Shown in pieces: positions 26,539 to 36,417 of a stretch of 64,000 nt of DNA. Source of the DNA: an uncultured virus (IMG/VR IMGVR_UViG_3300020036_003824) (Duplodnaviria > Heunggongvirae > Uroviricota > Caudoviricetes). The translations under genes and the position numbers were made by a program. A model generated the notes under the pieces. The model was not told the DNA's origin. It did no database searches and saw nothing but the letters and a program-made list of their open reading frames with translations. Location of the stretch: IMG/VR virus record IMGVR_UViG_3300020036_003824, one strand, 5' to 3'. Positions within the stretch are counted from its first letter, which is position 1; every line of letters starts with the position of its first letter.

Positions 26539-29091
26539 TCAGGAAAGCGCATCAAACAAAGTCGGGATGTTCATCTTCAAATCATTCTGCTTCAAATAAA
26601 AGCATCCGTCCCTCCAATAATCCGCGTTCAGTTCCGTACCCATGCCGAACCTGTCCATTTTGGCGGCTGTAAGCGGCACTGTGGCAATACCTCCGAAAGG
26701 ATCGAATACAACATCGCCGGGGTTGGAAAATCTTTCAATGCAGCGCTCTACAAGGTCAATCTGCAATGGGCATACGTGCTGCTCTTTCTTTTGCAGCGCC
26801 TGCGACATGTTGAGGGTGCGCATCCGGATAATATCATCCCATATCCATTCTTTATGCGCCTCCGTAATTGGCGGCGTCATAAGCGCGAATTTCTTTGGCA
26901 GTTTCCCTTTTTCACTGAGCGCATCGGCCAGGGCTACGTGCTCTTTATAGTCGTAACCGTGCTTTTGGCAGAATTTCGCATACTCTTTTTTGATGCGACC
27001 TAAACCTGTTTCGCTGCTGGCCATCTTTACCAGGCTTTCAATGTCCAGGTATCGATTGCCGGAACTTCTCCACGTTGCATCCGCGTCGATTTGCCATTTG
27101 CCCAGTGTAACGTCGTATAGTGGGCGCCCTTCGCTGTCGTGACCTACCACGGTCTTTTTTACAGGATCATCGGCGTAGGCTTTTCCGGTATTGGTCTGCG
27201 GTTTGCGGAAACAAAGCACAAATTCCGGTGAACCGAATCCCATCTTCGTTCCATCCTTTCCCATTTCTCCATATGTGAGCCTGTACGTCTGATTGTTTTC
27301 CGCAACCACGTCCGTCGGAACAACTGCCATACCCATGTATTCAAACCCGTGCTGCATGAAAGCGAACAAGGTTTTTGCATGGAAGGGATTGACGGTTGAA
27401 AAACCGAGGCCGGTCGTAGAACCATAGAAAATCCGGTCTTTGACGTGGATACACGCAATCCTGCCGGGCTGTAATACCTTCAGCAGATTTGGTATCAGGT
27501 AGTCCATCTGAGCAAAGAAGTGGTTGTCGTCATCCGTATGCCCAAAGTCGAGATATGACGGCGTGTATTCGTAATGGTTGGAAAACGGGATGGAAGTAAC
27601 AACAAGACCGACGCTGTTTTCCGCCATTGTTTCAGTCTCGAAAACGCAGTCGTTGTTGATGTACTTCCAGTTCTTACCCGTCATTTCCTGCCGTGTGATA
27701 ACGGAAGAGCGTTGCAGCGCCGCGATCATGTTCAACTGATTCAGGCCATGTTCGGATACGACCGCGCGCATATTTTGTTGCAGTTCATCATGCTGCGCCC
27801 ACTTTTTGCGCAGTTCCTGAACAATAGAACGCTCTATTTCAGTGTAGATAATATGCACCTCAACTGATTCGGGCTGCAAAAAACGGTAGGTTCTGTGAAT
27901 CGACTGGATAAAGTCGTTGAAGTCGTAATTGATGCCCAAAAAGATGTTTTGGTAGCAAAATCGCTGAAAGTTGCAGCCTGATCCGGATAATTCCGGCTTC
28001 GTGTTGAGCATCTTTATTTTTCCCTCGCTGAAATCCATTACCCTGTTTTCTCGCTCTTCCAAATCCAACTGCCCGTACACGCTCAAAGATTCGGGGAATG
28101 CCTTTTCAATCGCCGCGCGTTCTCCCTCCAGGTGGTGCCACATCAACCAGTTGTTATCAGCGCCGTACTGCGAAACAATATCTTTGGCTTTTGCAAGGCG
28201 CTCTGTGATAGTTTCCCGCTTCTCTTTTGCCCCGGCAATAATGCCCATCGCTTCGTGCTGCAAAAGAAAGCGCTGACCGCTGTCGTCTGCTTTATCCCAT
28301 GCTTTTGTGTGGTCTGCCGGGATTTCATGCCAGAATACTTTTAACTCCGGCAGGTCGTAGCCTTCGTCTGAGTATCCAAGGTCGGACGGCTTGTAGATCA
28401 TTACCGCCCAACTGCACACCCAAAGCCAAAATTCCCGCTCTTTGTGCGGGTGAATTTTCAGGTTTCCGGCCTTTTGGCTGTCCCGTTTAAAGAACCGTGT
28501 AAGTGCCTGACCACGATCCATCACACCAAGGAAGTGCGCATAGTTGATGAGTTCCAAAAATCTGTTTGGCGAAGGAGTTGCCGTGTAGACGAACTTGTAT
28601 TTGATCTTCGTGAACACGGTCATAAATACTTCGAACGTATCCGATCCGGTAGAGCGAAGGGTAGACGCTTCATCCAAAGAAACGACGGTGAAATAGTTCG
28701 GGTCGATATCGCCGCTGCGGATGCGCTCGTAATTGGTAATGATGTAATCGCTTTGGCAGGCTTCGACTTCCTCCATGGTTTTGCAGTACACGATGTCAAC
28801 GCCCATCGCCGGGCCGTCCTTTTTCGTAAATTCCTGCCGTACGCCAAGCGGCGCAATAAACAGCGCCTTTCCACCTTCACGCCGGATGATTTGCCGGTTG
28901 GTTTCAATGTTGATGCGCGTTTTACCAAGGCCGAATGAGGCGAATACAGCCCTTGCCCCCCCCTTTATATTCCAGAGGATGATGTCTTTTTGGTGTGGGA
29001 ACAAAAACGGGTCGAGATCATCCGCGCCGATGTCGAAGCCGTTGAAGGGCGCCTTCACGACTTTGTTGCTGATAAGTTCCGTATAACTCAT
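26539..29091 (-). CDS. SNF2-like helicase fused to N4/N6 DNA methyltransferase
   Basis: FGLGKT, LDEAS, TATPSPN, QSIHRTYRF; then VTSIPF, HVCPLQ, VFDPFGGIAT. Confidence 0.9.
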   Translation of the reverse strand: MSYTELISNKVVKAPFNGFDIGADDLDPFLFPHQKDIILWNIKGGARAVFASFGLGKTRINIETNRQIIRREGGKALFIAPLGVRQEFTKKDGPAMGVDIVYCKTMEEVEACQSDYIITNYERIRSGDIDPNYFTVVSLDEASTLRSTGSDTFEVFMTVFTKIKYKFVYTATPSPNRFLELINYAHFLGVMDRGQALTRFFKRDSQKAGNLKIHPHKEREFWLWVCSWAVMIYKPSDLGYSDEGYDLPELKVFWHEIPADHTKAWDKADDSGQRFLLQHEAMGIIAGAKEKRETITERLAKAKDIVSQYGADNNWLMWHHLEGERAAIEKAFPESLSVYGQLDLEERENRVMDFSEGKIKMLNTKPELSGSGCNFQRFCYQNIFLGINYDFNDFIQSIHRTYRFLQPESVEVHIIYTEIERSIVQELRKKWAQHDELQQNMRAVVSEHGLNQLNMIAALQRSSVITRQEMTGKNWKYINNDCVFETETMAENSVGLVVTSIPFSNHYEYTPSYLDFGHTDDDNHFFAQMDYLIPNLLKVLQPGRIACIHVKDRIFYGSTTGLGFSTVNPFHAKTLFAFMQHGFEYMGMAVVPTDVVAENNQTYRLTYGEMGKDGTKMGFGSPEFVLCFRKPQTNTGKAYADDPVKKTVVGHDSEGRPLYDVTLGKWQIDADATWRSSGNRYLDIESLVKMASSETGLGRIKKEYAKFCQKHGYDYKEHVALADALSEKGKLPKKFALMTPPITEAHKEWIWDDIIRMRTLNMSQALQKKEQHVCPLQIDLVERCIERFSNPGDVVFDPFGGIATVPLTAAKMDRFGMGTELNADYWRDGCFYLKQNDLKMNIPTLFDALS

Positions 29092-29158
29092 ATTGAAATA
29101 CTGCTAAAATTAGGTGTGTAAAAAAGGATAAGGGGCGCATACGGCCCTTACTTTGATT

Positions 29159-29386
29159 TTAACCGTTAAGATCGTCTTTGTCCACGATGTCCCAGCATTT
29201 GCCAGTAGTTGCAAAATAATCACTGCCTTGGATGACGCCGCCGCCATTTTCCTTTGCATCTTTGAAAGCCTGCTGCCGGAATTGTTCAGTCACTTTTTCA
29301 ATCGTGCTTTCTTTTTGTGACTGTCCGACAACCTGAACGGAGCCTTCTGTTTTGTCGGTAACGACGAATACTTTTAGTTTTGACAT
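29159..29386 (-). CDS. Hypothetical early protein
   Basis: ORF between the operator-promoter and a terminator hairpin. Confidence 0.7.
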   Translation of the reverse strand: MSKLKVFVVTDKTEGSVQVVGQSQKESTIEKVTEQFRQQAFKDAKENGGGVIQGSDYFATTGKCWDIVDKDDLNG

Positions 29387-29425
29387 TGTAGAGAAAATTT
29401 AGGTTAAAAGTTGCTTGCTTGTTTT

Positions 29426-29463
29426 AGCGTTACAAAATTAACGCTCGTTTATGACACTGCAAA
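29426..29463 (-). promoter_or_regulatory. Promoter with perfect palindromic operator
   Basis: AGCGTTA-CAAAAT-TAACGCT; TTTG -33 box at 19-nt spacing. Confidence 0.8.
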
Positions 29464-29511
29464 GAAAAATGTGATTTTTTTATACTGGCCCGTAAGAATC
29501 GAATCAGTGTA

Positions 29512-29754
29512 TCAATCTTTTGCATCTTTCAGGCTGTTGGTTGCTTCCAAAAATCTGGCATAATCAATCCGCTCTTTATCAATCATCATATTCAGGTAGT
29601 TGTTTCGATTTCCGGTTGCGTTCAAAAAGTCGATATTTTCCCGGCTTATACTGAGCGATACGGTAAGCCGCTTTTTTTTAGGATCGACCTTTGGGCGCCC
29701 TGTCTGGTTGGCGCGTTTCCCGCCGCGCCGGTCGGGCTTTTTTTCTTTTTCCAT
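29512..29754 (-). CDS. Small ribbon-helix-helix-like DNA-binding protein
   Basis: RRGGKRANQTGRP followed by TVSLSISRENIDFL. Confidence 0.7.
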   Translation of the reverse strand: MEKEKKPDRRGGKRANQTGRPKVDPKKKRLTVSLSISRENIDFLNATGNRNNYLNMMIDKERIDYARFLEATNSLKDAKD

Positions 29755-29766
29755 GGATTTATATAG

Positions 29767-30093
29767 TTAGTCATTATAAAGCAAATCAACCAAAAGTTCA
29801 GGCTCTCGTTTTACTAGCTCACGATAGCATTTTTGGCAAAAATCGTCTCTGAAACATGCATCTCCAAAATGGTGCATAGACTTTCCATGTAGATTAAATT
29901 CAATCCGTGGAGGCACTCCATGTTCTTTCATGTAGTTGTCTTGTGAAAGCCTGAAATTAGTCGGCGTCCTATGTTGATATTTTCTGGAATGCCCACAAAA
30001 ACACTTTTCCCAATTTGGTGTATCTACACTTCCAATATGTATTTTTCCACCCCCTTGGCTTTGATCGTTTCCATGTATAAAATACTTTTCCAT
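29767..30093 (-). CDS. Cys/His-rich hypothetical protein
   Basis: IH...CFCGH...CQKC. Confidence 0.65.
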   Translation of the reverse strand: MEKYFIHGNDQSQGGGKIHIGSVDTPNWEKCFCGHSRKYQHRTPTNFRLSQDNYMKEHGVPPRIEFNLHGKSMHHFGDACFRDDFCQKCYRELVKREPELLVDLLYND

Positions 30094-30099
30094 AAGTAG

Positions 30100-30423
30100 T
30101 TACTTTGTTGCGCTTGCCAAAACCCAGCCTTCGGTGGTTGAAATATTGTAGTATTGCGTACCCCATACGGCTTCGCATGACGGGTTGAGTTCTTTAAAAC
30201 TTTCTTCGCTGGAATAAAGCCTGCGATTGGATGAATTTTCAGATGTATCCTTATGCCACCAAGCTCGAAAGAAAACCGCGTCATCTTGTACCTCAACACC
30301 TTCATATCCTTGCCCTATCAAAGAGGCAGCGGTGATTTTTGCCGCCTGCATTTGGGTTAAAGCAATAACTACGCCCTGGAATCCATCGGTAAGACTGTTT
30401 TGGAAGATAAAAAAAGTTTGCAT
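30100..30423 (-). CDS. Hypothetical protein
   Basis: ORF downstream of the TACATTTG promoter at ~30477. Confidence 0.6.
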   Translation of the reverse strand: MQTFFIFQNSLTDGFQGVVIALTQMQAAKITAASLIGQGYEGVEVQDDAVFFRAWWHKDTSENSSNRRLYSSEESFKELNPSCEAVWGTQYYNISTTEGWVLASATK

Positions 30424-30596
30424 TGCATTATGTTTTTTCGTTCGGCTCCGCAATATTGCTGCGCCGTTTGTATGGACAAATGTACATACCTTTTTGATTT
30501 ATGCAACTATAAAAGCAAAATTATTTTTTGCATAAAAAAACCCGACGCTCATTTGCGCCGGGTCGGTTTCCCGTATATAATCTCATGAAAAGTTTG

Positions 30597-30668
30597 TGGC
30601 GAGAGCCGGAATCGAACCGGCGGCTCTGGGTTATGAGCCCAGCGAATTAGCCCCTTTTCCATCTCGCG
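30597..30668 (-). tRNA. tRNA-Met(CAT), initiator (fMet)-type
   Basis: CTGGG-CTCATAA-CCCAG anticodon arm with three G:C pairs; GCCGG-TTCGATT-CCGGC T arm; C1 mismatch; A11:U24; no encoded CCA. Confidence 0.85.
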
Positions 30669-30676
30669 CCACAAAT

Positions 30677-31171
30677 TTACAAAAGCGGTTTGACAATTAA
30701 AAATCCTTTTTCGGGGTAAATTGCTTCGATTATCCTGCGACAGTCTCCATGTACCCATCCGGGCGTCGAATTGAGGTCTTCGATGGTAGTCAGGCCGATA
30801 GCCCGGAACCTCGCTTCGTTTTCCAGAATAGCCGCTAAAATCTGCTCAGTTGTGTATGCGGGCGAAGAAACGTCCAAAGCGCTGGCAAAGTAGTGCATCG
30901 ACAGTTCACCGCCTCCTGCGGGCTTGTAGGAGCGCGGACGGGTACCTCTGCCGACGTAGTAACCCTTGCCCGGCTTTTTGTAGTGCCAGGTATTGATAAT
31001 TACCGGCGCTTGCAGGACTTCACGCAGCAGCATGGCGTAGTTGACCTGAAAATCGGAAATGTAATAAAGGCAGCGCTCCATGCCGACCGATGTAATGATC
31101 GACGGATGCACGAACTCTTCCCGCTTGAATTTAAAAGCGGGGTCTTTGAATAATTTGCCGATGTCCAGCAT
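30677..31171 (-). CDS. Endolysin, peptidase M15-like
   Basis: RGTR, SMHYFASALD, WVHGD zinc-peptidase motifs. Confidence 0.8.
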   Translation of the reverse strand: MLDIGKLFKDPAFKFKREEFVHPSIITSVGMERCLYYISDFQVNYAMLLREVLQAPVIINTWHYKKPGKGYYVGRGTRPRSYKPAGGGELSMHYFASALDVSSPAYTTEQILAAILENEARFRAIGLTTIEDLNSTPGWVHGDCRRIIEAIYPEKGFLIVKPLL

Positions 31172-31177
31172 GGCGTT

Positions 31178-32695
31178 TTATTTTGGGTTGTCTAAAAATA
31201 ATCCGCTATCGGTGCCGATCCTGACTACCTGCACCTCAACTTTTCGTTCGGATTTCAGGAGCATGGTTAAAAACCTCGCTGTCCAGTAAAGCCCGTCGTT
31301 TTCATCCTGACCGGGCAGGAGTTGCAGGCCACGGTTTGTAAAAAACCATGATACGGCATCTTTCAGGATTTTTTCAGAATACGATGCCGGTGCGGTCGAT
31401 TTAAAGGCCACTGTGAGCGTAGTTATCTTTAACGGCTTGTATGCGGCTGCCTGCATCTTCGTTTTACTGAACTGCGCTGTTTTAGCCTTACCTGCTGCGC
31501 TTGTGTTGCCCCATACGATAGTGTAATCATCCGGCAGATCAAATGTGAGCGTTCGAAGCGGAACGACCGGCACAGTATCCTTCGGAGGATCGACGGGTGG
31601 CGGTGGAGGTGGTGGTGTTCCACCCATACCAGCCGGGCTTTTGGTCAGGATATTTCGGATGTATTCAATGCCATAGCCGGTATCATTGTCTTTCCCCGTG
31701 GGCGGAAGGTCGGTGGCAACCCATACCATGTAGGCTTTGAGTTTGTCACAATTCGACAACTGCGGACCCCAACGACTGCGGGCAATAAATACGGCGCTGG
31801 CCATGAAAGGCGATGCCATGGACGTACCGGACAGAACCGCATAGGTGTTGTCTTTCCAGGTGGAATTGATTGCAGCGCCGGGCATACCGGCAAGCACTTC
31901 CGGCCCCCGGCTGGAATAACTGGAAATAGTCAGGTTACTATTCAGCGAAGCCGTACCCATGCCGTAGGGCGAATTTCCGGGGTATTGAACGCCCGGCTGC
32001 CCGGTGTTACCTGCTGCGAATACGAACGCAACGCCGGCGGCGTACGATTTTTTAAGCGCGTTTTCAACTTCCGTCACCTTTGCAGTACCGCCGCCGAAAC
32101 TGCCGTTATAAACGACGAATCTACCGCTGCTGATTGCTGCCTGATCGGATGCGTATTCACCAGCGTAGGCATTTGCGCACCAACTGAAATTACCCGCACC
32201 TCCAGCGGACAAAACCTGCACCGGCTTCCACTGCACCAACCCCTTTTGAACGAGTGGCCAAAGCAGGCCGATGTCTTTACCGACACAGATACCGGCTACG
32301 TGGGTACCGTGGCCGTTGCCGTCGGTAAGCCCCGCATCGGTGGTATAGTTTGCCCCCGCCAGTTGTGCCGTCTGAAGGTCGATGTGGTTTTGCTTACTTC
32401 CCGTATCGGTAATTTTCAGGATGCCCGCGTACTTGCACGAATCCTTCATAAGTTTCACCACGTCTGCGGGTAGCAGCAGTTGTACCCCCCAGTTTGTGGC
32501 CGCTGCTGCTGAAAAGTTTTGCACACGTTCCGGGATGCGCTCGATAGGCGGGATTACAAAGTCGAAGGTGTCGAGTTGCGCCTCCGCGATCAGCGTCTGT
32601 TTTTCAAGCGCTTTTTTATAAGGGCTTTTGAAGACCTGCGCATCCGAGGTGTACACGGCACACAGGGCAATAAAAAGAAAAAGTACCTTTTTCAT
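31178..32695 (-). CDS. Secreted S8 (subtilisin-like) serine protease
   Basis: Signal peptide MKKVLFLFIALCAVYTSDA|Q; catalytic ITDTG, HGTHVAG, GTSMASP; AAGN oxyanion motif. Confidence 0.92.
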   Translation of the reverse strand: MKKVLFLFIALCAVYTSDAQVFKSPYKKALEKQTLIAEAQLDTFDFVIPPIERIPERVQNFSAAAATNWGVQLLLPADVVKLMKDSCKYAGILKITDTGSKQNHIDLQTAQLAGANYTTDAGLTDGNGHGTHVAGICVGKDIGLLWPLVQKGLVQWKPVQVLSAGGAGNFSWCANAYAGEYASDQAAISSGRFVVYNGSFGGGTAKVTEVENALKKSYAAGVAFVFAAGNTGQPGVQYPGNSPYGMGTASLNSNLTISSYSSRGPEVLAGMPGAAINSTWKDNTYAVLSGTSMASPFMASAVFIARSRWGPQLSNCDKLKAYMVWVATDLPPTGKDNDTGYGIEYIRNILTKSPAGMGGTPPPPPPPVDPPKDTVPVVPLRTLTFDLPDDYTIVWGNTSAAGKAKTAQFSKTKMQAAAYKPLKITTLTVAFKSTAPASYSEKILKDAVSWFFTNRGLQLLPGQDENDGLYWTARFLTMLLKSERKVEVQVVRIGTDSGLFLDNPK

Positions 32696-32784
32696 CTTTT
32701 GATAAAGTGGTTGTGAAAAATGGAAAAAACGGACGGCCATACAAAAGCATGAACCGCCCGTAAGTGCTCAAAACGATGAAACGG

Positions 32785-33180
32785 TCACTTCTTGAAAAAC
32801 GTGTAGAACACGATGGAAATCAAAGTGAGCGCTCCCGTGATGACCTGCGCCCAGTTGCCTGCGAAAAGCGCCTCCGTCAATCCTTTAAGCGCCGGCAGCA
32901 GTTCGGAGAATTTCGGAGAGATGCCGACCAGTACCGCGCCCAGGTAAGACCAGTTATTCGGGTCTGCAATCCATGTTTTTCCGGGTGTGAATTTCGCGTT
33001 CACAATGAACGATCGAACCGCCGCGAATGCGCCGATTGCCGCCATGACGGCTGCTACGATCATGCCTGCCGTCGTATCCGACATGCCGCCGAAAAAGGAG
33101 GCGATCAGCAGGATCAGTTGGTAATAAATGTTGGTACCCGTCCACGGGCTTTGAGTGGGTGTTGCTAATTTAGTGCTCAT
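32785..33180 (-). CDS. Holin-like multi-TM protein
   Basis: Hydrophobic helices in the lysis region; start moved to MSTKL. Confidence 0.55.
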   Translation of the reverse strand: MSTKLATPTQSPWTGTNIYYQLILLIASFFGGMSDTTAGMIVAAVMAAIGAFAAVRSFIVNAKFTPGKTWIADPNNWSYLGAVLVGISPKFSELLPALKGLTEALFAGNWAQVITGALTLISIVFYTFFKK

Positions 33181-33182
33181 CG

Positions 33183-33485
33183 TTATTGAATTATGAAAAT
33201 TAGAGAATCTTGCGGGTGTGGATTCGGATCGACCAGCCGGATCCTGCGCACGGGAGCCTTTCGCTTTGCCACGCTTGCCGAATCCAGTAGCGAATCCATG
33301 CAGTGTGCCGTGCTGAAAAGGGATGTGAGCTGCGCCCGTATTTCGGTGCTGTTTGCTTCGATGCGTGTCCACTGATCGCCGTGCTGCTCTGCATGGTGAA
33401 TCTTGTCGTGTGCCGCGCTGTTGCATTTTATGCCTGTCAGCATGGACACGGCTACGAAGATGGAAAGTATTTTAATCATCCTCAT
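33183..33485 (-). CDS. Putative lipoprotein (o-spanin candidate)
   Basis: Hydrophobic N-terminus ending in Cys; downstream of the TM coiled-coil gene. Confidence 0.4.
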   Translation of the reverse strand: MRMIKILSIFVAVSMLTGIKCNSAAHDKIHHAEQHGDQWTRIEANSTEIRAQLTSLFSTAHCMDSLLDSASVAKRKAPVRRIRLVDPNPHPQDSLIFIIQ

Positions 33486-33769
33486 TTGCTTTGTTTTTTA
33501 AGTTGCTCGTATTTGGTTTGCAGTTCCTCATATTTGCTTTTCAGGTTTTGAATGTCGATCATTGCTCCGATCTGTGTTCTGTAAACGGCTTCCAATCTGT
33601 CGGAACATGCGCGCTCGATTTGTGCATTTGTTTCCGCGCATCTTTGGCGTTTATCTTCCGCTGTTGTCCACTGTGCTGCCAAAAAACCACATGCCGAAAC
33701 AAGTATCATCACAAACCATGCAAGGGGGTTATTTCGGAGTTTTGGCGGTATCCATCCTGTGCTCTCCAT
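33482..33769 (-). CDS. TM plus coiled-coil protein (i-spanin or holin candidate)
   Basis: One TM helix followed by a coiled coil. Confidence 0.5.
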   Translation of the reverse strand: MESTGWIPPKLRNNPLAWFVMILVSACGFLAAQWTTAEDKRQRCAETNAQIERACSDRLEAVYRTQIGAMIDIQNLKSKYEELQTKYEQLKKQSK

Positions 33770-33787
33770 ATAAGCGTCGTATGATTT

Positions 33788-34045
33788 TTATTTTGAAAAA
33801 AGTTCTCTTGCAGCCACGAAGAGCAGTAGTAAAAGTGCTAAAAGTCCGGCAATGATGCCGCAAAGCGCGTACGCAGGCCCGAATGAATACCCGACGGTAA
33901 TTGCGATTGCCCATGCGGTTGTAAACATTGCCGCCTTCCAAAATGGGGACATATCTACCCACCATTCAAGGATGCGCCCCCATGATGCGACGGCGAAAGC
34001 GACAATGGCAGAAAATAGAACGGCGGTAATCGCTTTTTGATTCAT
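33788..34045 (-). CDS. Small three-TM membrane protein
   Basis: Hydrophobicity pattern. Confidence 0.6.
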   Translation of the reverse strand: MNQKAITAVLFSAIVAFAVASWGRILEWWVDMSPFWKAAMFTTAWAIAITVGYSFGPAYALCGIIAGLLALLLLLFVAARELFSK

Positions 34046-34623
34046 CGGAGTAGTTGGTAAGTCGTTGAAGCGAATGCGCTCGTTATCAATCCCGAAATTA
34101 CACCATCTAAAAGCCTGTATTTCAACGGCTGCTTAGAATAGCCCAGGACGAACGCGCCGGAAACCCAAAGGGTAGAACTCGCCGTGTGTGAGAAATGCCA
34201 GTAGTCACGTACGCTGTTCCAAATTTCGGGCTTGTGGGCTTGGTTTTCCGGGTCGCGGTTGAAGTACTGGCGTTTCCACTGCTCACTACCAAAAAACGAA
34301 AGCGGTGCTGCGTTGAATCTCCGCTCAAAAACGTTCGGTTGGGCGTGGTACGACTCCCTGCCGCCATGCAGGATTCCGGCCACGGCGTAGCCTATCCACA
34401 CGGCGCGTTTGCCCTGCCCACGAAAGCGGTACGTTGAAAAGTCGTACCATGCGAGGGGTTGCGCTGATGGGTATAAGCGAAGGGCTGCGCGGTCGCTGTC
34501 GGAGAGCGTGGGCGTGGTGGTGTTGATTCCGAAGCAGCCGGTCTTTTGTGCGTTGAGTGACAGGCAGGCGAGCAGGAGAAGCAGGACGCAAATCGTTTGT
34601 AGGAACGGGCTTTGGTTTTCCAT
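34042..34623 (-). CDS. Signal-peptide-bearing membrane protein
   Basis: LLLLLACLSLNA|Q; later hydrophobic helices. Confidence 0.65.
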   Translation of the reverse strand: MENQSPFLQTICVLLLLLACLSLNAQKTGCFGINTTTPTLSDSDRAALRLYPSAQPLAWYDFSTYRFRGQGKRAVWIGYAVAGILHGGRESYHAQPNVFERRFNAAPLSFFGSEQWKRQYFNRDPENQAHKPEIWNSVRDYWHFSHTASSTLWVSGAFVLGYSKQPLKYRLLDGVISGLITSAFASTTYQLLR

Positions 34624-34624
34624 A

Positions 34625-36172
34625 TCAATACAGCGCGTTTACGGTTCCGCCCGGATCTTTGTAGGCCAGCTTGGAAAGGGTTGTGGAGTAAAAAATGGTG
34701 TTGTTGGGGGCGGCTGCGTTGGTGTAGGAGACCGGGGTTTGCTTGAGCGCATTTACGTTTCGGGTAGATGTGAGCGAATTGTCGTTCGTTTCGATTTCCG
34801 GGTAGTAGTCGGCGTATTCAATTCCTATTGGTGTTCCGCGCATATCTGAAAACCTAACCGTATTAGCCGCCGCATCAAAAGACAAAGCGGCCAAATCATT
34901 CATATTAAATGAAATTGAAGACTGGTTATCGCCTGCCTTAAATAGCAAATTAGATTCAAGCGCTGTAAATGACCCATCCGAAGGAGATAGGGCCATAGTC
35001 AATGAACTACCCCGGTCATCGTAAACAGACATGTTTATAATCCCCTCTTGTATAATCTCAACATTTGCGCCGCTACCACCTCCATTATCAGTGAAAATAA
35101 AAAACGGGGCTTGCCCTAAAAATTGCACACCATCACCTGAAATCCCCGCCACTGTCCCACCCGGTATCGTTCCGCTTCCGCCGCCATCCACAAAACCCGT
35201 CCCCAGCGCATCGCTCGCACCGCCCCCCGGCAGCGTCACCGTACCACCCCCGCCACTCAACGTCAAATCACTACCCGAAATGGACAGTATTTGCGTCACA
35301 TTCGGGGCGCTGTTAGTAATGGTTTTTGCGCTTCCGGAGCCGGTAATATTGATACCCGCGCCCGCTACGAGGCTTTGCAGGGGCGCTACGTCCGTAACCG
35401 GCAGCGTGAGCGTGCCGCCAGGATCCGTGAGGCGCACATTCCCGCCGCTCACCGAAAGCGAAGTATTCAGTTCGTTGGTTGTGGAAAGGTCGCCGGTATT
35501 TGAAATTGCACCTGTTCCTGAATTGATCGAAATGCCAGTTCCGGCGTTGTAAACGCCCGATCTGAATTGCGAAAGAGGCACGGAAATTGTTCCGCCAGCG
35601 TCGTCTATTTTCAGGCTTCCGGCGTCGACATATACCGACGTATTTAATTCGTTAGTTGCCGATTGATCGGCCGCCGTCAACGTGAAATTCGGGTAAGTTC
35701 CGGAAGGTGTGATTCCCACGCCGGAAATAGTCACCGTTTGATCGGGTGCAGTGTTAGAAATCACCCCGGAAGAAATGCCTATCCCCGTTCCGGCCGTGTA
35801 CGCCGGGTAGCAGTTCAGGCAAACCCATTGCGACCCCGTGTACTGATATAATTCAGGTCCACGGCCGTTTTGAAGGACAGTACAGGAATTAACAGCAAAC
35901 ACGCTTTGCCGTGCGGTCGGTGTGTAACCGGGGGCGGCGCATCCGGAAATTTGGTCGAAACCCTTCGGGTACTTGATCCACGCCGAAACGGGCGAAGGGT
36001 TCCAGTTCCACAGATCGTTTGTCGTAATATTTAGGTAAATCCGGGTGCCTGAGCCGGATGGGGTATGCGTGGGCGGCGTGTCCCCGTACGAAACCGGCCA
36101 TGTGCCAAGCGGCTGCGCGGCCGCGAAAAGAGGAAGGAGGGAAAGAAGAAGTATTTTAAAAATCAATTTCAT
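34625..36172 (-). CDS. Fibre/adhesin-like Gly/Thr-rich protein with signal peptide
   Basis: MKLIFKILLLSLLPLFAAA|Q; AGTGISI and DQTV...GTYPNFT repeats. Confidence 0.75.
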   Translation of the reverse strand: MKLIFKILLLSLLPLFAAAQPLGTWPVSYGDTPPTHTPSGSGTRIYLNITTNDLWNWNPSPVSAWIKYPKGFDQISGCAAPGYTPTARQSVFAVNSCTVLQNGRGPELYQYTGSQWVCLNCYPAYTAGTGIGISSGVISNTAPDQTVTISGVGITPSGTYPNFTLTAADQSATNELNTSVYVDAGSLKIDDAGGTISVPLSQFRSGVYNAGTGISINSGTGAISNTGDLSTTNELNTSLSVSGGNVRLTDPGGTLTLPVTDVAPLQSLVAGAGINITGSGSAKTITNSAPNVTQILSISGSDLTLSGGGGTVTLPGGGASDALGTGFVDGGGSGTIPGGTVAGISGDGVQFLGQAPFFIFTDNGGGSGANVEIIQEGIINMSVYDDRGSSLTMALSPSDGSFTALESNLLFKAGDNQSSISFNMNDLAALSFDAAANTVRFSDMRGTPIGIEYADYYPEIETNDNSLTSTRNVNALKQTPVSYTNAAAPNNTIFYSTTLSKLAYKDPGGTVNALY

Positions 36173-36417
36173 GCGGGTGTTCTTTTTAGTGAGTTCGGAA
36201 ATTCAGTATCGGTGCCGGAGGAAATCCAGTAAAGTTTGTTCGGCCCTAAAGCGGTAAAGGCGTCGGCCTCGTTCGCGTATTCTGGCAAGGCAAGCAAAAA
36301 GGTATCTATGTTTGTCGCGCCCTGAATGACAACGCCCTGCACCTTGCGTTCAAACTTTGGTTTCCCAATCTGGCAGGTCAGGTGGTTGCCTTTTATTTTT
36401 ACTGCGATGTCTCCCAT
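36169..36417 (-). CDS. Hypothetical tail-region protein
   Basis: Coupled ORF. Confidence 0.6.
   Translation of the reverse strand: MGDIAVKIKGNHLTCQIGKPKFERKVQGVVIQGATNIDTFLLALPEYANEADAFTALGPNKLYWISSGTDTEFPNSLKRTPA

Noticed and set aside
30597..30668. tRNA as a prophage attachment site
   Set aside because: No duplicated tRNA 3' end, no integrase and no host genes in the window.
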